The notes below the pieces were generated by a model. That model was not told the DNA's origin. It ran no database searches and saw nothing but the letters and a program-made list of their open reading frames with translations. From positions 3,135 to 67,134 of the forward strand of contig CAMACX010000006.1 of the NCBI GenBank assembly GCA_945831575.1: 64,000 nucleotides of DNA, given 5' to 3'. The translations under genes were made by a program, and so were the position numbers. Of the stretch, positions 20,879 to 28,686 are shown piece after piece (within the stretch, counting starts at the first letter, position 1; each line of letters begins with the position of its first letter). This DNA is from an uncultured Mediterranea sp. (lineage in GTDB: Bacteria > Bacteroidota > Bacteroidia > Bacteroidales > Bacteroidaceae).

Positions 20879-21601
20879 TTAAAAACTCATTCCTACTGTA
20901 AAATAGGCCCCTTCCGTACGCGGGTTCCAGGTGGCTGTGGCAAATAGCGGCAGGGAGAAGCTATCGGTCACCTTGATCTCCTTGGTAGCTCCAATGCTGA
21001 GGCTGACCACAGCAAATCCGTTCGCGCCATAGAAGCTGGTCTCCCAGGGGGTAGCTCCCACTTCGGCTGTCCACTCCATGTCGCCCAGCTTGAAGGGGGC
21101 TGCAAGGGTGACGTACGATGAATAGGCGCGTTTTCCGTTGCTTTTCACGCCATCGGCTCCTGCAAAGTTGGTGTACCAATTGAGGGCAACGGGGCCAAAA
21201 TCGTAACCCACTTGTGCTTCCAGCACGTGCGAGTTGGTCTCGTTATGGGCTCCGTACTGGAAATACTTGGCCGCTTGGTCGCCAGCCATGTTGAACCAGT
21301 AATCGGTGGCTGAGATGCTGAATCCTCCTGTGGAGTAGCCCAGTGTGAGGTCAAACTCCTTGGTATCGCTACTCTCCAGCCCTACAGAGCCCCATGCTCC
21401 GAGCGAAAATCCTTTGTAGGCTACCGAGAGAGAGGGCTGAACACTCACACCTCCCAGATCCTGGCCACGCCAGATGTAACCGCTCACTACATCTGCTCCT
21501 ACAGATGTCTCTACTTTGTCTTGTGCATTTGTCGCAACAGGCATCACGGCAATCAGACTTACCAAGATGGCCTTCATTCTCTTTGTGGTTTTTTCTTTCA
21601 T
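20879..21601 (-). CDS. Outer-membrane porin-like beta-barrel protein, first gene of the P-II/Amt operon
   Basis: Signal peptide (AVMPVATNAQ), alternating beta pattern and a C-terminal F. The start could be 21601 or 21577 (the track gives 21631). Confidence 0.6.
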   Translation of the reverse strand: MKEKTTKRMKAILVSLIAVMPVATNAQDKVETSVGADVVSGYIWRGQDLGGVSVQPSLSVAYKGFSLGAWGSVGLESSDTKEFDLTLGYSTGGFSISATDYWFNMAGDQAAKYFQYGAHNETNSHVLEAQVGYDFGPVALNWYTNFAGADGVKSNGKRAYSSYVTLAAPFKLGDMEWTAEVGATPWETSFYGANGFAVVSLSIGATKEIKVTDSFSLPLFATATWNPRTEGAYFTVGMSF

Positions 21602-21660
21602 CTTTGTTACCTTTTTTGTAAAACAATCCATTTACTATCACTAATTATTATTTTCCAGAA

Positions 21661-21770
21661 AATATGTATTTGTATCTATCTTGTAATTTGTATTATTGTT
21701 GCTTGTATTTGTATTATTGTTGTCTGTATTTGTATAGTTATCATTGTTTGTATCTGTATCAGTCGGTCTG
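21661..21770. repeat. T/G-rich low-complexity tandem repeats (TGTATTTGTAT core, with a duplicated 19-bp GTAWTTTGTATTATTGTTG segment at 22-bp spacing)
   Basis: Direct reading. GTAATTTGTATTATTGTTG lies at 21683-21701 and GTATTTGTATTATTGTTG at 21705-21722. Confidence 0.8.
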
Positions 21771-21814
21771 TTTTTGAGTTGTGGAGTAGTCTAGATTTAG
21801 GTTAGGTAGGCTAT

Positions 21815-23047
21815 CTACATCAGCCATTTGCGGAGGCGCTTCATGGCCTCCTGACAATCTTCGTGGCTGCCGAAGGCGGTGAGGCGGATGTAACCCTCAC
21901 CGCTGGGTCCGAAACCTACGCCCGGAGTGCCCACCACGTTGGCCTCGTAGAGCATCTGCTCGAAGAACTTCCAGGAGCCGATGCCGTCGGGGGTCTTGAG
22001 CCAGATGTAAGGGGCGTTGACTCCGCCGAAGACCTTCAAGCCGGCGGCCTCCAGGCCCTGCCGCATCGTGCGGGCATTCTCCATATAGTAATTGATGTTG
22101 GCACGTACCTGCTGCTGTCCCTCGGGGGTAAAGATGGCCTCGGCTGCACGCTGGGTGATGTAGCTGGCACCATTGAACTTGGTGCATTGGCGGCGGTTCC
22201 AGAGCTTACCCAGAGGGATGCGGTCACCCGTGAGGGTGGCGGCAGTCAGCTCCTTGGGCACCACGGTATAACCGCAACGCACGCCGGTGAATCCGGCTGT
22301 CTTGGAGAAGCTGCGGAACTCGATGGCACACTTCTTGGCCCCCTTGATCTCGTAGATGCTGTGAGGCACGTTATCTTCCTGAATGAAGGCCTCGTAGGCG
22401 GCATCAAAGAGGATAAGCGTGTCGTTGGCCAAGGCGTAATCCACCCACTTCTTGAGTTGCTCCTTGGTGAGCGTGGTGCCCGTGGGATTGTTGGGGTAGC
22501 AGAGATAGACGATGTCGATGCGCTTGTCGGGGATAGCGGGAATGAAGTTGTTCTCGGCCGTGCAGGGCATGTAGGTCACGTTGCTCCACTTACCGTCAGC
22601 CTCCAGCACACCAGCCCGTCCGCACATCACGTTGCTGTCGATATAGACAGGATAGATGGGGTCGGTCACTCCCACGCTGTTGTCGTGGCGCAGGATGTCG
22701 CCGATGTTGCCCGTGTCACTCTTGGCTCCGTCGTTGACGAAGACCTCGCTGGGCGTGAGGTGAATGCCACGGGGCTGAAAGTCGTGCTTGATGATGGCAT
22801 CAATCAGGAAGTCATACCCTTGCTCCGGTCCATATCCGTGGAAAGTGCTGGCGCTGGCCATCTCTTCCACCGCCTTGTGCATGGCCTCGATGCAGACCTG
22901 CGGCAGGGGGCGCGTCACGTCGCCTATACCCAGCCGGATAAGCGATTGCTTGGGGTGGGTGATTTTGAAACTGTTGACTTTTTTTGCGATGTCGGAGAAG
23001 AGGTAGCTTCCCGGCAACTTGAGGAAATGTTCGTTGACTAATGCCAT
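21815..23047 (-). CDS. dapL: LL-diaminopimelate aminotransferase
   Basis: 410-aa ORF. Class I aminotransferase with PLP-lysine block SFSKTAGFTGVRCGY. N-terminus MALVNEHFLKLPGSYLF is typical of DapL. Confidence 0.85.
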   Translation of the reverse strand: MALVNEHFLKLPGSYLFSDIAKKVNSFKITHPKQSLIRLGIGDVTRPLPQVCIEAMHKAVEEMASASTFHGYGPEQGYDFLIDAIIKHDFQPRGIHLTPSEVFVNDGAKSDTGNIGDILRHDNSVGVTDPIYPVYIDSNVMCGRAGVLEADGKWSNVTYMPCTAENNFIPAIPDKRIDIVYLCYPNNPTGTTLTKEQLKKWVDYALANDTLILFDAAYEAFIQEDNVPHSIYEIKGAKKCAIEFRSFSKTAGFTGVRCGYTVVPKELTAATLTGDRIPLGKLWNRRQCTKFNGASYITQRAAEAIFTPEGQQQVRANINYYMENARTMRQGLEAAGLKVFGGVNAPYIWLKTPDGIGSWKFFEQMLYEANVVGTPGVGFGPSGEGYIRLTAFGSHEDCQEAMKRLRKWLM

Positions 23048-23073
23048 ATCTTTTGTTGTAATTTGATGTTGTT

Positions 23074-23934
23074 TTATTCTCTGATTTCCATTTTACCGTC
23101 GAATACGATGGTGGCCGGTCCGGTCATCATGACATGTCCCGTAGCCTCGTCCCAGGTAATCTCCAGCGTACCGCCATCCATCACGACTCGCGATTGGCGC
23201 GGACGGCGCCCTGTCAAGGCGGCAGCGACAGCGGTTGCGCAGGCTCCTGTACCACAAGCCTGTGTGATGCCCGAGCCGCGCTCCCACACCCTCATGCGGA
23301 GGCTTCCGTCGGCCTGAGGCTCTACAAACTCCACGTTGATGCGTCCGGGGAAGAGGGGATGATGCTCCAGCAGCGGACCATCCACGGTCAAGTCGATGCC
23401 ACTCAGACTATCCACAAAGAGTACGAGGTGAGGATTACCCATGGAGACCGTGGTACCTACATAACGGTGGGCTCCAGCAAAGATGGGTTGTTCAAGCATG
23501 GGCTTTGCGCCCTGGCCGTCGTAATCGGCAGGCTCATCAGCAGGAGCACCCATATCGACGGTAACCGAAGTGACGCGGTTGGTCTCATCAAGGTGAAGGT
23601 GAAGGATTTTGATGCCCGACAAGGTCTCCAGCAACACGGTGGTCTTCGTGGTCAAGCCATACTCATAGACATACTTACCGATGCAGCGCGAGGCATTGCC
23701 ACACATCATGGCTTCTGAGCCGTCGGCGTTGAAGATTCGCATCGAGAAGTCGGCCTTATCCGAGGGGCCAATCAGCACGAGCCCATCGCTTCCGATGCCC
23801 GTGTGGTACTTGCTCCATTCCACAGCCCAACGTTCGGGGTGATCAAGAGGGAAACGCATCGTATCAATATAGATGTAATCGTTGCCCGCTCCGTGCATCT
23901 TTGTAAACTCTATTATCCTTGTCATTTTGCTCAA
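23074..23934 (-). CDS. dapF: Diaminopimelate epimerase
   Basis: 286-aa ORF with GAGNDY and both catalytic Cys blocks ([16 protein letters not shown]). Confidence 0.9.
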   Translation of the reverse strand: MSKMTRIIEFTKMHGAGNDYIYIDTMRFPLDHPERWAVEWSKYHTGIGSDGLVLIGPSDKADFSMRIFNADGSEAMMCGNASRCIGKYVYEYGLTTKTTVLLETLSGIKILHLHLDETNRVTSVTVDMGAPADEPADYDGQGAKPMLEQPIFAGAHRYVGTTVSMGNPHLVLFVDSLSGIDLTVDGPLLEHHPLFPGRINVEFVEPQADGSLRMRVWERGSGITQACGTGACATAVAAALTGRRPRQSRVVMDGGTLEITWDEATGHVMMTGPATIVFDGKMEIRE

Positions 23935-23973
23935 TAAACTTTGTTGGTTTTATCCTTTTGCATTAAAACGCTG

Positions 23974-23981
23974 CAAAGATA
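23974..23981 (-). promoter_or_regulatory. -7 box TAtcTTTG (minus strand) upstream of dapF-dapL
   Basis: The plus strand reads CAAAGATA, 39 nt upstream of the ATG at 23934. Confidence 0.45.
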
Positions 23982-24327
23982 CGACATTTTGTATTCATCA
24001 AGCAAAAATCTACTTTCTTTTTTCTATAAAAAAGTATAATAAATTTCTATTCAATAGCTAAAAGCACGATATACTTACAGATTAAAAGCTATAACATAGT
24101 ATTAGTAACAATATGACATTATATATTTGGTATAATGGGTTGATATGTCATAAATCCGTTGAAGAGACCTCAAAAGGCGGCTATAAAAATAGCCCAGGGC
24201 ATCAGTTTGCCCTGAGCTATCTCTCGATGTTGACACAAATCTCCTTATCATCACGCAAATCTACGTGAATGAGCAAAATGAAAGTCAATCTGTGTGCTAT
24301 CTGTCAATCTGTAAAATCCGTGGTTCC

Positions 24328-24369
24328 TAATCACTAATCATTAATCACTAATCATTAATCACTAATCCC
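24328..24369. repeat. Six heptamers TAATCAY (GTGATTA/ATGATTA on the gene strand), 12 nt after the DPP-IV stop
   Basis: Counted base by base. Confidence 0.9.
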
Positions 24370-24380
24370 CCTTCGCGGCG

Positions 24381-26606
24381 TCATCTTGCTCCGGCAGGGA
24401 GGTTGTGGAGCCAGAAGTCTGACATCGTGCGGCGCAGATGTAGGGTGGTACCCTGACGCTCGTTGATGCTGTGGCTGCGCATGGGATACGAGATTTGGTA
24501 GAACACCTTGCCCAGGCGCACCAGTTCGTTGACCATCATCTCGCAGCTCTGGTAGTGGACGTTGTCATCGCCCGTGCCGTGGATGAGCAGCAGGTTACCC
24601 TTCAGCCCCTCGGCATAGTGAATGGGCGAGCCCTTGCGGTAGCCCTCGGGGTTGCGCTGCGGCGTATCCATGTAGCGCTCCTGATAGATGGTGTCGTAGA
24701 GGCGCTGGTCGGCCACGAAGGCCACGGCAATACCCGTATGGAAGACATCGGGATAGCGGAACATGCAGTTGAGTGTCTGACTGCCTCCCCCACTCCAGCC
24801 GGTGATGCCCACACGGCTGAGGTCGATGTAGCTGTGCTGACGTCCCAGGTCCTGGATGCCCTGCGCCTGGTCGCGGCTGGCCAGCACACCCACCTCGCCG
24901 TAGATGCACTTACGCCATGCCCGGCCACGGGGCGTATTGGCACCCCGGTTCTCGATGCTCACCACGATGTAGCCCTGGTTGGCCAGGTACTGATGCCAGA
25001 GGCTACCACCCTGCCACACATCCTGCACGGTGGCGCTGGCCGGCTCTCCATAGACATCGATAATCACAGGATAGCGGCGTGTGGAGTCGAAGTCGGCCGG
25101 CTTGATCATCCAGGCATCCAGCCAGAGGCTGTCGCTCTTCACCTTGACAAACTCCTTGTCCTTCAGACCGAGTGATGCCCATTGCTCGCGGGCACGGCTG
25201 TTGTCGGTAATCAGCTCGACACGCCGGTGGGTAGGCAGGGCAATGCGGTCGATGACGGGAGGCGTGGCCGCGTTGCTGAAGGTGTGTACAGCCCAGCGTC
25301 CGCCGGGTGCCACGTTGTAGTGGTGCTGACCGCTCTGGTCGGCAGGACTGAGGCGACGCACCTCCCCCTTGCCGAAGAGCTTGGCCTCGTAGAGGTAGCG
25401 CTGTGTGAAATTATCGGGCGAGGCGATGAAATAGACCACGCCACGCTTCAGGTCCATGCCGAGCTCCTCCACCACGTCAAAGTCACCCCGCGTGATGGGT
25501 ACCACCTGCTTGCCGTCGCGGCTGATGCGGTAAATGTGACGCCAACCGTCGCGTTCGCTCTGCCAGGTAAACCACTGGTTCCCCTTGAGCCAGGTCACCT
25601 GGTCGTTGGTCTCCAGCCAGGCAGCATCGGTATCGGTAAAGATGTTATCGGCCTGGGTCTGACCCACACGGGCTATCCATACGTGGTTGGTATTCTGCTG
25701 ACGGTTCATCTGCTGGATGAAGAGCTCCTGCGTGCCGGGGATGAAGTCCATGCGGGGGATGTAGTTCTCGCGGGGGTCTCCGGGCAGGGCAATCCAGGTG
25801 GTAGGTCCGCCATCGGCTGAGACGGTACCCACCTTGACGGCCGCATTACGGGTACCAGCCTTGGGATACGGGAAGCGCTGGATGGTGGGATAGAGCGAAT
25901 CTACATTATTAATAATGTCAAACCAACCGGTGCCGCTCGTGTCGCTCTGCCAATAGGCAATCGAAGCTCCGTCGGGACTCCAGCGGAAACCGTCACGGCA
26001 ACCAAACTCCTCCTCATAGACCCAGTCGAAGGTGCCGTTGACGCACTCCTCACCTCCGTCGGTGGTCAGCGCTGTACGTTTGCCGTCGGCCAGGCGCTCC
26101 ACGTAGATGTTGTTGCCGCTGACGTAAGCCACCCGGTCGGCCTGGGGCGCAAACTTGGCAAACATGAGCGAAGCCTCGGGCAATCCCTTGCCCAGCTGCT
26201 GGAGGTGGCCATCTGCGAGGCGCAGCACCCAGTAGTCACCCCGGGTGTCGTAGCGCCACACCCTACGGGTGTTGGTGTAGATTAGGGCCTGCTCCCCCTT
26301 CTCATCGAGCTGGAAGCTGCGCACACGGAGCTGCTTGCCCGTGGCCGGATTGACCAGCTGCTCAGCAGGTATGATGACCTGCCGCTCGCCATCCTTGGCC
26401 CGGTAGGCAGCCACCTCGAAGAGGCCATCCTGCCTGCGCTCCACCTGAGAGTAGCGCTCTCCATCGGGCATCCAGCGTACCGAGCGCCCCCACTCTGTCT
26501 CAATCAGTCGTCCATTGACAGCCTCTTCGAGCGTAGGCACCCGTTGTGCCTGGACCGTCAAGGCCAAGGCAGCTCCTGCAAGAGCTGCAAAGAATTTCAA
26601 TTTCAT
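24381..26606 (-). CDS. Dipeptidyl-peptidase IV (S9B prolyl oligopeptidase family), secreted
   Basis: 741-aa ORF with a signal peptide. Beta-propeller N-domain, nucleophile elbow GWSGGG, and GTGDDNVH near the C-terminus. Confidence 0.9.
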   Translation of the reverse strand: MKLKFFAALAGAALALTVQAQRVPTLEEAVNGRLIETEWGRSVRWMPDGERYSQVERRQDGLFEVAAYRAKDGERQVIIPAEQLVNPATGKQLRVRSFQLDEKGEQALIYTNTRRVWRYDTRGDYWVLRLADGHLQQLGKGLPEASLMFAKFAPQADRVAYVSGNNIYVERLADGKRTALTTDGGEECVNGTFDWVYEEEFGCRDGFRWSPDGASIAYWQSDTSGTGWFDIINNVDSLYPTIQRFPYPKAGTRNAAVKVGTVSADGGPTTWIALPGDPRENYIPRMDFIPGTQELFIQQMNRQQNTNHVWIARVGQTQADNIFTDTDAAWLETNDQVTWLKGNQWFTWQSERDGWRHIYRISRDGKQVVPITRGDFDVVEELGMDLKRGVVYFIASPDNFTQRYLYEAKLFGKGEVRRLSPADQSGQHHYNVAPGGRWAVHTFSNAATPPVIDRIALPTHRRVELITDNSRAREQWASLGLKDKEFVKVKSDSLWLDAWMIKPADFDSTRRYPVIIDVYGEPASATVQDVWQGGSLWHQYLANQGYIVVSIENRGANTPRGRAWRKCIYGEVGVLASRDQAQGIQDLGRQHSYIDLSRVGITGWSGGGSQTLNCMFRYPDVFHTGIAVAFVADQRLYDTIYQERYMDTPQRNPEGYRKGSPIHYAEGLKGNLLLIHGTGDDNVHYQSCEMMVNELVRLGKVFYQISYPMRSHSINERQGTTLHLRRTMSDFWLHNLPAGAR

Positions 26607-26644
26607 AGTCTTTATTTTTAGTTATCGAATTATTGATTTTGAAA

Positions 26645-26770
26645 AGTAAACGAGTTGACAAGGTAACAAGTTGACTACAATAAATACGCTATCTATATTC
26701 GTTTACTTGATTAACTCGTTTACTTGATTACTTGTTCACTCATTGAGATGTTCACTTCTTGCATCAAGTT
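26645..26770. repeat. Palindromic spacer built from a 13-bp inverted repeat (AAGTAAACGAGTT / AACTCGTTTACTT) and 17-bp-period direct repeats (CGTTTACTTGATTA x2, GTTCACT x2)
   Basis: Direct reading between the DPP-IV start and the C69 stop. Confidence 0.8.
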
Positions 26771-26775
26771 ACGGG

Positions 26776-28380
26776 TTAGAACCCGAAGCGGGCGCTGTTC
26801 CAGAAGTCAGCAGCCATCTCATCCCAGCTCAGGATAGTGGCGCCGATGAAGTCGCGCGTGTAGCCGTTGAGGTAGTTGCGGGCAGCCTCCTCACCCTCCT
26901 CCTTGAGGATGGCCTGATAACGGGCCTCCACCATGGGCAGTTCCTGCTGCCCCTTGCACTCAAAGTGGAGCACGTTCTGCTCAATCTGCTTACGCCATGT
27001 ACCCCATCGCAGGGCGGCCAGTTTGTTGGCCTCGCGGTAGTGCCACAGGGCCGCATCCTTGCGGTAGCGGTGGTTGCCGCAGATGCCATAGAGGGCAGGC
27101 AGCTTGGTCACACCGCAGAAGATGGGCACACGTGGGCTCTGTCCCGGATTGTCCATCGAGAACCATACCACGCCACCCACGGCATCGGGCAGCCAGGAGC
27201 GCAGCTGGATAACCGTGGAGTAGGCACATTGGGGCACGGAGATGTTGCGCACGTTCTTCACCGCCCCCTCTCGGATACCGTTGAGCATCTTCTGCTCGTC
27301 GGCACGCATCCAGGGGTTGGCCTTGGGACTGACGATGGTGTCTGTCCGTCCATCCTTATGCTTCACGGTCACCTTCAGGTTGCGGGTGATGTCGAGGTCG
27401 GTGCCTTCGTAGGTCTCACGCAGCAGGGCCATCACCCGGGTCACGTCCACCGGACCCTCAGGCTTCACGCTGAAGGGGAGCTCCTCGGCGTTGATGTCGA
27501 GATGCAGCGAAGGGGCCAGCGCATTGAGCACAAACCATTCGCGCACGCTGAACGACTTCTTCTCGCCGAAGTAGTTGCCTCCGCTGTAGGCCTTCCAGAA
27601 CTTGAAGGGCTCCTTGCCATCCCAGTAGCCCAGGCGGCGGGCCACGTCGAAAACGTTGTCAGAAGCCATGAAGTGCTCCTTATCCTTGAGGTTGAGGGTG
27701 GAGATGCGCGAGATGTTGGCCGAGATGCCCACGTGGTCGTCAGGGATGCGCTGGGCAGCCCATACTCCGCCAATCTTCTCCTTGCCTTCGCCGAAGACCT
27801 CAAACTGCCACACCTCCTGAGGGTCGGCCACGGTAAGGCATTCGCCGCTGTCGGCGTAACCATATTGCTTGATGAGCTGTCCCATCAGTCGGATGGCCTC
27901 ACGGGCGGTGGTGCAGCGCTCCAGGGCGATGCGTTGCAGCTCCTCAATCATAAACATGCCCTTGGGGTTCTGCAGCTCCTTGCGTCCACTGATGGTGGTC
28001 TCGCCCATGCCCAGCTGCTTCTCGTTGAGGCAAGGGTAAGAGGTGTTGAGGAAGGCGTAGGTGTGACGCACCTGCGGGATTTCGCCCTTCACTTTGACCC
28101 CCGTGCGGTCGGAGGCAAACTCGGTATGCATCAGGCCATCGTAGATGGTGGTCACGGTGTCGCGCTCAAAGTCCTGTGCAGCAGGGATGTTGACCCAGGT
28201 GCGGTACCAGCTGTCGCACGTGTGGCTGGTGATGACAGAGCCGTCGGCACTCGCCTTACGCCCCACCATGATGCTGGTGCAGCTCTCCGGGTCACGAGGA
28301 TGAGCAGTCTGGGCCTCAGCAAGAACCCCCATCTGAGCCAGGCCCAACGCCAAGAGGAGAAAAGAATGGATTGCTTTCAT
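26776..28380 (-). CDS. C69 family dipeptidase, secreted
   Basis: 534-aa ORF. Signal peptide followed by a Cys-containing SCTSIMV block, typical of the Ntn-type C69 nucleophile. Confidence 0.8.
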   Translation of the reverse strand: MKAIHSFLLLALGLAQMGVLAEAQTAHPRDPESCTSIMVGRKASADGSVITSHTCDSWYRTWVNIPAAQDFERDTVTTIYDGLMHTEFASDRTGVKVKGEIPQVRHTYAFLNTSYPCLNEKQLGMGETTISGRKELQNPKGMFMIEELQRIALERCTTAREAIRLMGQLIKQYGYADSGECLTVADPQEVWQFEVFGEGKEKIGGVWAAQRIPDDHVGISANISRISTLNLKDKEHFMASDNVFDVARRLGYWDGKEPFKFWKAYSGGNYFGEKKSFSVREWFVLNALAPSLHLDINAEELPFSVKPEGPVDVTRVMALLRETYEGTDLDITRNLKVTVKHKDGRTDTIVSPKANPWMRADEQKMLNGIREGAVKNVRNISVPQCAYSTVIQLRSWLPDAVGGVVWFSMDNPGQSPRVPIFCGVTKLPALYGICGNHRYRKDAALWHYREANKLAALRWGTWRKQIEQNVLHFECKGQQELPMVEARYQAILKEEGEEAARNYLNGYTRDFIGATILSWDEMAADFWNSARFGF

Positions 28381-28440
28381 TATAGAATCGTTTGATGAAT
28401 TATAGAATCGTTTGATGGATTATAAAATCGTTTGTTACGT
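28381..28440. repeat. Three 20-bp tandem repeats TATAGAATCGTTTGATGRAT abutting the C69 start codon
   Basis: Units at 28381-28400, 28401-28420 and 28421-28440 (the third is diverged). Confidence 0.9.
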
Positions 28441-28489
28441 TGTTGAATAGTGCATTGACCATGTCAAGGCTGTGACGGGCAGTTCTGAA

Positions 28490-28605
28490 GAGTGAACTGT
28501 TCAGCGATGAAAGTTTAACTATTCAGCGATGGCAGTTTAACTGTTCGAACGCGAAGAGTTAACTATTCGAACATAAAGAACTCCCCAGCCATGAACAGTT
28601 CACTC
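28490..28605. repeat. Inverted-repeat-flanked module: 14-bp IR GAGTGAACTGTTCA / TGAACAGTTCACTC enclosing four 22-bp tandem units (AACTRTTC...AGTT)
   Basis: Units at 28495, 28517, 28539 and 28561. IR at 28490-28503 and 28592-28605. Confidence 0.9.
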
Positions 28606-28623
28606 ATTTCAAGCCCCGTCCCC

Positions 28624-28686
28624 TAATCACTAATCACTAATCATTAATCACTAATCACTAGTCATTAATCCCCAATCCCTAATCAC
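28624..28686. repeat. Nine heptamers TAATCAC/TAATCAT running into the pepC stop codon
   Basis: Counted base by base. The last unit (28680-28686) overlaps the TGA at 28683-28685. Confidence 0.9.

Noticed and set aside
28490-28605. I asked whether the IR-flanked modules (also 54946-55045 and the weak 9-bp IR at 49372/49505) are invertible promoters (invertons).
   Set aside because: There is no TAnnTTTG box inside the IR-bounded segments in either orientation. There is no site-specific recombinase gene nearby. The interior is tandem repeat, not unique promoter sequence.
28381-28686. I asked whether the regularly spaced repeats here, and at 54946-55045 and 44821-44970, could be CRISPR arrays.
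   Set aside because: The units are contiguous (7 to 22 bp) with no unique spacers of 25-40 bp. The repeats are degenerate, there are no cas genes in the window, and there is no leader-like organisation.
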